Assembly (NCBI GenBank): GCA_963705305.1
Contig: OY970067.1
Location: 3,552,001-3,616,000, forward strand
Direction: 5' to 3'
From: an uncultured Methylomirabilota bacterium
GTDB taxonomy: Bacteria; Methylomirabilota; Methylomirabilia; Methylomirabilales; 2-02-FULL-66-22
DNA length: 64,000 nucleotides
Under the pieces are notes generated by a model. The model saw nothing but the letters and a program-made list of their open reading frames with translations. It had not been told where the DNA came from and made no database searches. A program made the translations under genes and the position numbers. This document shows, one piece after another, positions 10,238 to 19,396 of the stretch (its first letter is position 1; each line of letters begins with the position of its first letter).

Positions 10238-11692
10238 ATGAGCCCCACGGGTGGGCAGCCGGTCATTCGGGGCGCCCGGTTCTTCCTGGCGCACGCGCCG
10301 GGCCTCGTCCGCTACGGCTCGAAGCCCCGCCGGGAACTCGCCAAGGATGCCGCCCTCCTCGACCGCCTTACCCCGCACCTCCGCGCGTGGGATGGGGCGG
10401 CCGCGTACCCGCCGAACCAGGCATTCCTCGGCGGCATCTACCCGGACGACCTCGCCGCCATCCCCCGCCCCTGGTTTACAGGGGATCGCGCCCCTCTCCG
10501 CCGCCACCCCCACGGCGAGCTCATGCCGGAGGAGGAGTTCTACGGCCTCCTGAAGCTCTGCGACTGCTTCGATCTCCTGGCACTCGAGACCTCGTTCGCT
10601 GCCGAGGCAGCCACCGCGCTGGCGGCGCACCCCGATCTGCGGCCCGAGGAATCGGCTCGGGTCGCGGGAGGCGCGACCCTCGGGAGCATCGAAGCCGAAG
10701 TGGGGGGCCCGCAGCAGACGCTCCCGCTCTTCCTCCGCTCGGGCCGACTGGTGGGGTGCATCCGGCGGGGGCACGAGGAGGATACCGCCCTCACCGCCGA
10801 TCTCCTGCTCGAGAACCTCGCGTGCAAGGCGACCGCCACGATGGCCCTCCGGCAACTCCTCCGCGAGCAGGTGGTGGATCCGGGCCGCATTGAATACGTC
10901 ATCAACTGCGGCGAGGAGGCCGTGGGGGACCGGTACCAGCGGGGCGGCGGAAACCTCGCGAAAGCGGTTGCCGAGATGTGCGGGTGTGGGGAGGCAACCG
11001 GCTCGGACATCAAAGCGTTCTGCTGCGCACCGGTGCACGCCTTGGTCCTAGCTGGGGCGCTGGTTGCCGCGGGCGTCTACAGGCAGGTGGCCGTGGTCGC
11101 GGGCTGCTCCCTGGCGAAGCTCGGGATGAAATTCCAGGGGCACCTCGCCAAGGGACAGCCTGTGCTCGAAGACGTGCTCGCAGGGGCCGCAGCGCTCGTG
11201 AGCCAGGACGACGGATGTTCACCCGTGCTGCGCCTTGACTCGGTCGGCCGCCACCCCGTGCAGGCCGAGGGCGCCCAGCAGCGCATCCTCGAGGCCCTCG
11301 TGGAAGAGCCCCTCCGGCGGCTGGGGCTCCGGTTCGGCGACGTCGACAAGTACGCCACGGAGCTGCACAACCCGGAGGTCACGGAGCCGTCCGGCAGCGG
11401 CAATGTCCCCCTGCTGAACTACCGCCTCATCGCCGCTATGGCGCTCCGCGCCAAAGAACTCGATCGCGCCGGCCTCTCGGACTTCGTCCAGCGGCACGGG
11501 CTTCCGGGCTACGCGCCGACGCAGGGACACATCGCGTCGGCCATCCCCTTTCTCGGCCACGCATACGACCGGCTGACCGTCGGCACGATGACGCGAGCCA
11601 TGTTCCTGGCCAAAGGGAGCCTCTTCCTGGGCCGGATGACACAGATGTCCGACGGGCTGTCATTCGTTCTTGAGCGCAATCCCCGGGCCTGA
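10238..11692 (+). CDS. grdC: Glycine/sarcosine/betaine reductase component C beta subunit
   Basis: YPPNQAFLG, LLENLACKA, GEEAVGDRYQRGGGN, KLGMK, ELHNPEVTEP, GYAPTQGHI, KGSLFLGRMT. Confidence 0.92.
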   Translation: MSPTGGQPVIRGARFFLAHAPGLVRYGSKPRRELAKDAALLDRLTPHLRAWDGAAAYPPNQAFLGGIYPDDLAAIPRPWFTGDRAPLRRHPHGELMPEEEFYGLLKLCDCFDLLALETSFAAEAATALAAHPDLRPEESARVAGGATLGSIEAEVGGPQQTLPLFLRSGRLVGCIRRGHEEDTALTADLLLENLACKATATMALRQLLREQVVDPGRIEYVINCGEEAVGDRYQRGGGNLAKAVAEMCGCGEATGSDIKAFCCAPVHALVLAGALVAAGVYRQVAVVAGCSLAKLGMKFQGHLAKGQPVLEDVLAGAAALVSQDDGCSPVLRLDSVGRHPVQAEGAQQRILEALVEEPLRRLGLRFGDVDKYATELHNPEVTEPSGSGNVPLLNYRLIAAMALRAKELDRAGLSDFVQRHGLPGYAPTQGHIASAIPFLGHAYDRLTVGTMTRAMFLAKGSLFLGRMTQMSDGLSFVLERNPRA

Positions 11693-11728
11693 CGCACGGG
11701 ATCGAGAGGCAGAAGGAGGTCGACCGCG

Positions 11729-12178
11729 ATGGAGCTTCGAGGTAAGAAGGTGATCGCGATTGGCGAGCGCGACGGGGTGGCCGGCTCGGCCATCGCCGCG
11801 TGCGCCAAGAGCGCAGGGGCTAGTGTCGTCTACGAGATGACGCACTGCTTCGTCTGAACGGCCGCCGGCGCACTTGACCTGGAGGGTCAAGAGGCAATCA
11901 AAACCACCGTGGCCAGGGTGGGCGCCGAGAACCTCATCGTCCTGCTAGGTACACCGAACCCAGAGAGCAGCGAGCTGTTCGCCGTCACGCTCAGCGAAGG
12001 CGACCCGACGTGGGCGGGACCGCTCGCGGGTGTTCGCCTGGGGCTCCCAGTCTTCCACATCACCGAGCCAGACATCCGAGGCCAGATTCCAGAGGACGTG
12101 TACGAGGCGCAAGTCGGCTTGGCTGAGGCCGTGCTCGACACCGACGCCATTGCCGGCGTGCTCCGCGCCCGACGGTGA
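11729..12178 (+). CDS. grdA: Glycine/sarcosine/betaine reductase selenoprotein A; Sec43 at TGA 11855-11857
   Basis: [27 protein letters not shown]...[14 protein letters not shown]...[16 protein letters not shown] in one frame (149 aa). Confidence 0.93.
11873..11891 (+). promoter_or_regulatory. SECIS-like hairpin of grdA
   Basis: CTTGACC-TGGAG-GGTCAAG stem-loop starting at nt +16 after the TGA. Confidence 0.7.
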
Positions 12179-12234
12179 ATCGTCCTGGGCGAAGGGACGG
12201 CGGGAGCCCCTCGCCATATGGAGAGGAGGAGGAC

Positions 12235-13251
12235 ATGGAGCGCCACAGTTCGCTTGGAATCCTACTGATCGCCGTCGGCATTCTGCTCGTGTCCGGGTTG
12301 ACGGCGGGACCCGCGGCTGAGGCCCAGGCGAAGAAGATCGTGATGAAGTTCGGCACCGTCTTACCCAACGGCAGCGGCGAGGACCAGGGTGCCCACAAGT
12401 TCGCGGAGCTGGTGGCGCAGAAGACGGGCGAGCAGGCCGAAGTGCAGGTGTTCCCGAACTCGCAGCTCGGCGATGCGAAGAGCCAGCTCCAGGCGGTGGC
12501 CGTCGGCGGCCAGGACTTCTTCATGGACGGCATCGGCTGGTACGTCAGCTTCGACAAGGACTGGACCCCCTTCGCGCTGTGCTTCGCCATTCAGGACCGG
12601 GACGCGTTGCTCCGGGTGCTGGATTCCCCGGTCGGCCGCGAGGTGGAAAGCCGCCTGCTGAAGAAGGGGATCCGCGTAGCAGCGCACAACTGGTGGAAAG
12701 GAGAGCGCTCGCTGATTTCGCGGAAGCCGGTCCGGAGCCTCGCCGAGGCCCAGAACATTATGATGCGCGTGCCGAGCAAGGCGTTTTTCCTCGCCTGGCA
12801 AGGGATCGGGACCCGGCCGACCATCACCGCGACCTCCGAGATATTCACCGCCCTCCAGCAGGGTGTCGTCGACGCCGCCGAGAGCCCCATCATGGACATG
12901 TATACGCTGAAGCTCTACGAACCGGCGCCGCATATCACGCTGACCCGCCACCTGCAGAACATGGCTGCGGTGTCGGTGAGCGAGAAACTGTACGAGACCT
13001 GGCCCCCGAACGTGCAGAAGGCGGTGCTCGAGGCGGCCCGCGAGGCGGGCGAGGCTGAATACGGGTACGAGCTCGCCCACACGAAAGATGCCGTGGCCCA
13101 GATGAAGGCCGCGGGCGTGGCCGTTTACGAGCCCCTGCCGTCGCGGGAAGCGTGGTTCGCGAAGGTGGCGAACCTCCCGGAGAAACTCGAGGCGCAGGGG
13201 GAGTGGAGCAAGGGGCTCTGGGCCCGCATCCAGGCGGCGATCAAGCAGTGA
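12235..13251 (+). CDS. dctP: TRAP transporter substrate-binding protein
   Basis: Signal peptide, VFPNSQLG, MRVP, EIFTALQQGVVDAAES; GAGGAGG RBS. Confidence 0.9.
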   Translation: MERHSSLGILLIAVGILLVSGLTAGPAAEAQAKKIVMKFGTVLPNGSGEDQGAHKFAELVAQKTGEQAEVQVFPNSQLGDAKSQLQAVAVGGQDFFMDGIGWYVSFDKDWTPFALCFAIQDRDALLRVLDSPVGREVESRLLKKGIRVAAHNWWKGERSLISRKPVRSLAEAQNIMMRVPSKAFFLAWQGIGTRPTITATSEIFTALQQGVVDAAESPIMDMYTLKLYEPAPHITLTRHLQNMAAVSVSEKLYETWPPNVQKAVLEAAREAGEAEYGYELAHTKDAVAQMKAAGVAVYEPLPSREAWFAKVANLPEKLEAQGEWSKGLWARIQAAIKQ

Positions 13252-13409
13252 CTTGCGGCGCGTGGGGGGTCTGGACCGGGTGCTCCTCAGAGGCATCGCC
13301 GATCGGTGAGCGGCCTGTCTCGGGCAGCGTGAGAGTGCTCCGACTTCACCCACCGCGCGCACCTTTTCGGCCAGAGAAGCCAGCGACTCATCTGTAGGAG
13401 ATATGACAG

Positions 13410-13955
13410 GTGGCGCGTGCAGGGCGGTACCTGCGGTGGGTGGGCGGCAACCTGGAAGAGATCGCTGGCTGCGCCTTCTTCGTCGGCATGGTCGGCAGCG
13501 TGAGCATCGGCGTCCTCTTCCGGTACGGGATCCGCCGCCCGCTCCTCTGGACGGAGGATGTCTCCACGCTCTGCTTCGTCTGGACGGTATTCCTCGGCAC
13601 AGCCGCGACGGCCAAGCACCGCACCTACCTCGCCGTCGATGCACTCATCGTGCACTTCCCGACGCCGCTTCAGCGTGCCATAGCGCTGCTCATCGACCTG
13701 TTGACGGTGGCACTCACGGGGGCCATCGCCGTTTTGGGGGTCCAGTACGCGCTGAGCCAGCAGGGGGTCACCACCGAGGCACTCGAGCTCCCGACAATGT
13801 GGTACGCTTTCGCGGTCCCCGTGTGGGGTGTGCTCGCGTGCGGCTACGCCGTCCGCGATTTCGTCCGGCACCTTCGGACCCCAGCGCTCGGGCCCTCCCC
13901 TGCTCGGGGGGGTCCGCTCCCCGGCTTCGTGAGCAGCGGCGGAGCGGGCCGATGA
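13410..13955 (+). CDS. dctQ: TRAP transporter small permease
   Basis: Four TM segments, FRY...WTED...FVWTVFLG. Confidence 0.85.
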   Translation: MARAGRYLRWVGGNLEEIAGCAFFVGMVGSVSIGVLFRYGIRRPLLWTEDVSTLCFVWTVFLGTAATAKHRTYLAVDALIVHFPTPLQRAIALLIDLLTVALTGAIAVLGVQYALSQQGVTTEALELPTMWYAFAVPVWGVLACGYAVRDFVRHLRTPALGPSPARGGPLPGFVSSGGAGR

Positions 13956-15232
13956 ATGCGCTGTGGCTGGTCTTGGCCTTCCTGCTGTTTCTCCTCCTCG
14001 GCACCCCCGTCGGTTACGCCCTGGGTTTTGCGTCGTTCTTCTACCTGTTATTTCTCAATCACCTCCCGCTCATCATGGTGGCGCAGCGGCTCACAGCCTC
14101 CCTTGACAACTTCGTGCTCATGGCCGTGCCCTTCTTCATCCTGGCCGGCAACCTCATGAACACGGGGGGCATCACCGACCGGCTGGTGCGGTTCGCGATG
14201 AACACGGTCGGGCACGTTCGCGGTGGCCTCGCGCACACCACCATCGTCACCAACATGATCATGGCGGGGATGTCCGGATCCGCGGTGGCCGATTGCGCGG
14301 GGACCGGGATCGTACTCATTCCCGCGATGCAGAAGGAGGGGTATCCCAGCGAGGTAGCCGCCGGTGTCACGGCCTCAGCGGCCACCATTGGGCCGATCAT
14401 CCCCCCCAGCATTCCCATGGTGCTCTACGGCGCCATGGCGGGCGCCTCGATCACGAAGCTCTTCGTGGCCGGGTTCCTGCCGGGCGTGCTCATGGGCCTC
14501 GCCCTGATGACGATGGTGTACCTACGGGCGAACCGCTGGGGCCTCGGGGCTCACCGGCGGGCGTCTTTTGCCGAGTGGCTTCGGGCCCTCTGGCACGCGC
14601 TCCTGCCCCTTGGGCTCCCGGGCGTGATCATGGGCGGGATCCTGTTTGGGGTCTTCACGCCAACGGAGGCGGCGGCCATTGCCGCAGTGTACGCGGCCGC
14701 GTTGGGGACGTTCGTGTACCACGAGATGGGCGCCAAGTCGACGCTCCTGGTGGCCCGGGACTCGCTGTACCGCACCGCGACCGTGCTGTTCATTTTTGCA
14801 AACGCGGTGGTCTTCTCTTGGCTCATCACGGTCGAGCGGGTGCCGGACCTGGCCAGCAACTGGGTGCTGGGGGTGACGCATAGCCCCGCCTTGGTGCTCC
14901 TCATCATCAATGTGTTCCTACTCATCGCGGGGTGCCTCCTCGACCCCACACCGATCTTGCTAATTACGGTGCCCGTTCTGGCGCCGCTCGCCTCGAAGGT
15001 GGGCATCGATCTCGTGCACTTCGGGGTCGTCATGGTCCTCAACTTAATGATCGGGCTCCTCATGCCGCCCATGGGACTCAACCTCTACATTGTTTCCGAC
15101 ATCTCGCACATCCCCTATTCGCGGGCCCTGCGCGGGACCGCACCGTTCGTCGTCCCGCTCCTGATCGTGCTGGCCCTGATCACGTACGTCCCCCAGGTGG
15201 TCATGTGGCTGCCGGGACTGCTTTTGAAATGA
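13952..15232 (+). CDS. dctM: TRAP transporter large permease
   Basis: MAVPFFILAGNLM, MSGSAVAD, IIPPSIPM, FTPTEA; ATGA overlap with dctQ. Confidence 0.92.
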   Translation: MNALWLVLAFLLFLLLGTPVGYALGFASFFYLLFLNHLPLIMVAQRLTASLDNFVLMAVPFFILAGNLMNTGGITDRLVRFAMNTVGHVRGGLAHTTIVTNMIMAGMSGSAVADCAGTGIVLIPAMQKEGYPSEVAAGVTASAATIGPIIPPSIPMVLYGAMAGASITKLFVAGFLPGVLMGLALMTMVYLRANRWGLGAHRRASFAEWLRALWHALLPLGLPGVIMGGILFGVFTPTEAAAIAAVYAAALGTFVYHEMGAKSTLLVARDSLYRTATVLFIFANAVVFSWLITVERVPDLASNWVLGVTHSPALVLLIINVFLLIAGCLLDPTPILLITVPVLAPLASKVGIDLVHFGVVMVLNLMIGLLMPPMGLNLYIVSDISHIPYSRALRGTAPFVVPLLIVLALITYVPQVVMWLPGLLLK

Positions 15233-15244
15233 GGAGGTGAAGCG

Positions 15245-15505
15245 ATGGCCCACGTCACGGTCTACACGAACTTCGGGTGAGGGGGGTGCCACCGAGCGAT
15301 GGAGTTTCTGTCGCAGAAGTCCGTCCCGTTCACCGAGAAGAACATCGGGCGCGACCCGGAGGCCCGGCGAGAGCTCCTGGCTATGGGACTGACGTCGCTC
15401 CCCGTGATCGTCATCGGGAATCAGAAGCTCTCGGGATTTGATCCTGCGCGCATTGCCGCCGCGCTGGCGGAGTCGGCAGAGAAAAGTCACTCCAAAGAAG
15501 CGTAA
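15245..15505 (+). CDS. Glutaredoxin/NrdH-like selenoprotein; Sec12 at TGA 15278-15280 (UGGC motif)
   Basis: GAGGAGGT RBS; MAHVTVYTNFG-U-GGCHRAMEFL...SLPVIVIG...SGFDP; hairpin GCGATGGA-GTT-TCTGTCGC at 15296-15314. Confidence 0.85.
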
Positions 15506-15844
15506 CGCATACTTCGTACTGTTGCTCATGAAGGGGATCGTGAAGTTGGGAGCTGTAGCGCGTGTGGGAGCGTAGAAAAGGGGAGAGAACACCAGAATCC
15601 TGTGTGACGCCGTGGCCTCCGAGCGCCTCACCACAGACGAAAGCGGTATAGGTCGTGGCGGAGTGTTCGCCCTTGCGGTCTGACGTTTGGGCGTGGGGTG
15701 ACGGAGGGCCCTGTGATTTCATTCACTATCGGTCCCGAAAGCGTGCGAAAGGAGGTGGTGCCTGCGAAGATGAGCGCGGCGAATCCGCTCTAGGCGTTGG
15801 CGTGACTCCTTCAATGTCTGCCACTTATCGGGAGGTACGACTCA

Positions 15845-16849
15845 ATGGGATCCCAGGCGCCGCATCGAAACTCCATTTTGCGCATAGCGTTGGCTGCCGC
15901 GGTAGTCGTCCTAGTTGCGGCCGCCGGTCCCGCCTGGGCCGCCGCCAAGGTCATTCGGCTGGGGGACAGCGGGACCGAGCAGAACCCGCAGTTTCGGGCT
16001 CATCAGTTCTTGGCCAAACGGATCTCTGAGCTGACGAACGGTCAAATTGAAGTCAAAATCTTCATGAATGCGCAGCTCGGCGGCCACACGCAGATGAACG
16101 AACAGGTGGCCGAGGGTGCCCTGGAACTCGCCAAGGCCCCCAGCGCCTTCATGAGCACCTATGACAAACGGATGTCCATCTGGAGCCTGCCGTACTCCTT
16201 CTCAAGCCTCGAAAAACTCTACGCTGCGGAGGACGGGAGGCTTGGGCAGGCGTATGCGGCAATTGGCGAGAAGTACGGCTTCAAACTGCTCTCCTTCTAT
16301 CACGCGGGCACCCGGGACATCTACAACAAGAAAGGCCCCATCAGAACGTCCGATGACCTGAAAAATCTCCACATCCGCCTGCGGGTCATGCCGGACCCGG
16401 TAATGATTGACGCCCTGAACGCGATGGGAGCCCAGGCGACGCCGATGGAGGCGAACGAAGTCTACAACGGCATCCAGCAGGGCGTCATTGACGGGGCCGA
16501 GAACTCCATCACATGGTACCTCACCATGAAGCACTTTGAGGTGGCCCCCTATTTTTCGCTCACGCATCATTTCTACAGCGTCGACACCATCGTCGTGAGC
16601 ATGCGCTGGTTCGAGCAACAGACGCCGGAAATTCAGCGAGCGTTCGTCCAGGCAGGGAAAGAGACCACCTTGTTTGAGCGGAGGGCCTGGGCCGAGGATG
16701 AGCAGAAGAGCTACGCGAAGGCCAAGGCTGCCGGCATCAAGATCAACGAGGTCGACATCGCATCCTTCCAGAAGGCGGTGAAGCCGGTGCTGGAGAAGTA
16801 CGGGCCGTCCCTCGGAGACCTGTACACGATCCTCAAGGAATACCAGTAG
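15845..16849 (+). CDS. dctP: TRAP transporter substrate-binding protein (second system)
   Basis: Signal peptide, NAQLGG, LRVM, EVYNGIQQGVIDGAENS. Confidence 0.9.
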   Translation: MGSQAPHRNSILRIALAAAVVVLVAAAGPAWAAAKVIRLGDSGTEQNPQFRAHQFLAKRISELTNGQIEVKIFMNAQLGGHTQMNEQVAEGALELAKAPSAFMSTYDKRMSIWSLPYSFSSLEKLYAAEDGRLGQAYAAIGEKYGFKLLSFYHAGTRDIYNKKGPIRTSDDLKNLHIRLRVMPDPVMIDALNAMGAQATPMEANEVYNGIQQGVIDGAENSITWYLTMKHFEVAPYFSLTHHFYSVDTIVVSMRWFEQQTPEIQRAFVQAGKETTLFERRAWAEDEQKSYAKAKAAGIKINEVDIASFQKAVKPVLEKYGPSLGDLYTILKEYQ

Positions 16850-16875
16850 AAGCGATCCCCCTGCCAACCTCCGTC

Positions 16876-17076
16876 CTAGCCGTTACACAAAGGTGTTGAT
16901 AACGGTCGGCGTTTCGCTAGTAACGGCATGAATTGGTTGACCGAATCGGAACGCCTTGTCGGGGAAGAAATCTTCCTCGATGTCAGCTCAATCCGAAAAG
17001 GACGGAATGCGCTGTAACCACAGAGGAATCGCGCCTATTGACAAGCGAATCTTCAACACCTTTGTGTAGCGGGTAG
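16876..17076. mobile_element. 201-bp MITE with IS4/IS50-like ends
   Basis: 24-bp TIRs CTAGCCGTTACACAAAGGTGTTGA and (reverse complement) CTACCCGCTACACAAAGGTGTTGA, 22/24; 9-bp TSD ACCTCCGTC at 16867-16875 and 17077-17085. Confidence 0.85.
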
Positions 17077-17579
17077 ACCTCCGTCCGGGGCTGGGGAGGG
17101 GGCTCGACACCGAATGGATGATTGCCGGCCACCCCGCGAGCTTGGCCAGCGGGCCGAGAGAGGTTAGATAGAGGCAATTCCTATGGTCTAGGCGATCATG
17201 CGTCGGTGCAAAGGGAAGATGCCGGAACCTGAAGCTGTCGTTCAGGAGCTTAGAAGGAGGGGGGTGGTCCGGAGTTCTTTTTCGCTTGGCTGCCGCGGGC
17301 GCATAACCAGGGGCTGCCCAATGCAAGCCCGGAAGTTATGTGCCCGCGGCATGCACGACTTGAGGCTTCCCTGGTGAAGAGTGCGTCAAAATGCGGGGTC
17401 CACATTCATGCCCAGTAACCAATTGAATGTGCGCAGAAGGATGGCTTTGTTTGCCCAGTGTGAATCGTTCATCCGCAGTGCCTTTTCCATGGCCCTGGAC
17501 GCATTTTCAATATGGGATTGCGTGAGAGAATTGGCATGCCCACGGTAGTAGTTCCGTTGAAAAATGGGGGACTTCTGAC

Positions 17580-18107
17580 GTGACAGCGACCACGTACCCC
17601 GACGAGCGGGCGCAACTCTCGTGCCTCGATCGAATCAACCGGATGGTCGCCCTGGCAGAAAACGTGCTGGGTATCGCCCTGGTAGTCACAGTGGTGATCG
17701 TGGTGAGCATGCAGGTCGGGTTTCGGTACTTCCTGAACCAGCCCCTCTCCTGGTCTGGTGAGACCGCCACGTACCTCCTGGTCTGGACGACGTTTCTCGG
17801 GATGGCTGTCGCTCAGCGAGAAAGAGCCCACGTGGCCATGCAGGTGCTGCCCACGATGCCCCGATTGGCTCAGCGGACGGTGGATTGGATCTGCTGGCTG
17901 GCTACTTTTGGCATGTTTCTGTCGCTGGGTCTGGGGGGACTCGAGCTTGCGTTCTTGCACCACATCCAGCGGTCACCCGCCACAGGTCTGCCGATTTGGG
18001 TTGTCTACACCGCAGTCCCCGTGGGCGGCGCCTTGGGGATCTGGCACACCGTCCAGGATCTGCCGGGGCTCATCCGCGGAGCGGAAAGGCCGAAGGGATG
18101 GCACTAG
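17580..18107 (+). CDS. dctQ: TRAP transporter small permease
   Basis: QVGFRYFLNQPLSWSGE...VWTTFLG...HVAM; four TM segments. Confidence 0.87.
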   Translation: MTATTYPDERAQLSCLDRINRMVALAENVLGIALVVTVVIVVSMQVGFRYFLNQPLSWSGETATYLLVWTTFLGMAVAQRERAHVAMQVLPTMPRLAQRTVDWICWLATFGMFLSLGLGGLELAFLHHIQRSPATGLPIWVVYTAVPVGGALGIWHTVQDLPGLIRGAERPKGWH

Positions 18108-19396
18108 TCCTCACGATCGGATTTCTTGCGCTCCTGCTGCTGGGCGCGCCCATCCTGGCGGCCATGAGCTTGGGGACATGGCTGTCGCTTGTGACATACA
18201 GCCGGCCTTCCTACCTGCTGGCACAAACCGCCTTCTACGGGATCAGTTCTTTCACCCTGCTCGCCATCCCGCTGTTCGTGCTGGCCGGCGAGATTATGGA
18301 CAAGGGCGGCATCTCCGCGCGCTTGGCGCGATTCGTCATCATGCTGGTGGGCTGGCTCCCCGGGGGCTTGGGCATCTCGGTGGTGCTCACCACCATGCTT
18401 TTCTCCGGGATCTCGGGCTCCGTCAACGCCGACGCAGCCGCGATCGGCTCGGTAATGCTGCCCATGATGCACGAGGCGGGGTACCGAAAAGAGTGGGCGT
18501 CCTCGATTGTGGCCGCGTCGGCCGGGACTGGCATCCTAATCCCGCCCTCGATCACCATGATCGTACTGGGGACCATTGCCAATTTGTCCATTAAGCAGCT
18601 GTTCCTAGCCTCCCTGCTTCCGGCCGCCCTCATCGGCCTCTCCAAGGCGGTCGTTATCTGGTACAAAGCCAGAATGGGGTGGGAGCGGAGCCAAGAACGC
18701 GTGGTCTTTTCCTGGCGGCAGATGCTGTCGGCGACGCTGGAGGCGATTCCCGCCCTCATTGCGCCCGGAATTATCATGGGCGGAATCCTCTCAGGCATCT
18801 TCACGGCGACAGAGGCCGCTGCGGTGGCGGTCCTGTATGCAATCCTCGTCAGCGTCGTACTCTATGGTGAGATTACCTGGCAGAAGATGGGAAGCATGCT
18901 GGTCGCGACCGTCCGCCTGAGCGGGGTGGTCATCGGGCTTGTCGGAGCGGCCTCGGCCATCGCCTATGTCATGGCATATACGGAAGCCTCGAACCAATTG
19001 GCCGCGCTCGCGAGCGGTGTCATCGACCACTACCTGCTGTTCATCACGCTGCTCACGGCCCTCTTCTGGGTGCTCGGCGCCATGCTGGACGGCATCCCAG
19101 CCCTCGTGATCCTGATCCCGGTGTTCATGCCTCTCGCGGAGAAAGCGGGGATGCACCCTATTCACTTCGCGATCTTCTCTCTTGCGGTGTTTGGCATCTC
19201 ACTGGTGACCCCCCCACTGGGGACGGCCTGCTTCGTGGTGACCTCCTTGGCTGGGATAGAGATGAAACGGCTCATCTGGCCGATGCTTCCTTTCCTGGCC
19301 ATCATGTTCGGTACAATCCTAATCCTGTCATACGTTCCCTGGTTCTCCCTTGCACTGCCCAAGCTTTGGGGTGGATTGATCGTAATTCCGCAATGA
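18098..19396 (+). CDS. dctM: TRAP transporter large permease
   Basis: LAIPLFVLAGEIM, ISGSVNAD, LIPPSI, FTATEA; start at MALVL. Confidence 0.9.
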   Translation: MALVLTIGFLALLLLGAPILAAMSLGTWLSLVTYSRPSYLLAQTAFYGISSFTLLAIPLFVLAGEIMDKGGISARLARFVIMLVGWLPGGLGISVVLTTMLFSGISGSVNADAAAIGSVMLPMMHEAGYRKEWASSIVAASAGTGILIPPSITMIVLGTIANLSIKQLFLASLLPAALIGLSKAVVIWYKARMGWERSQERVVFSWRQMLSATLEAIPALIAPGIIMGGILSGIFTATEAAAVAVLYAILVSVVLYGEITWQKMGSMLVATVRLSGVVIGLVGAASAIAYVMAYTEASNQLAALASGVIDHYLLFITLLTALFWVLGAMLDGIPALVILIPVFMPLAEKAGMHPIHFAIFSLAVFGISLVTPPLGTACFVVTSLAGIEMKRLIWPMLPFLAIMFGTILILSYVPWFSLALPKLWGGLIVIPQ

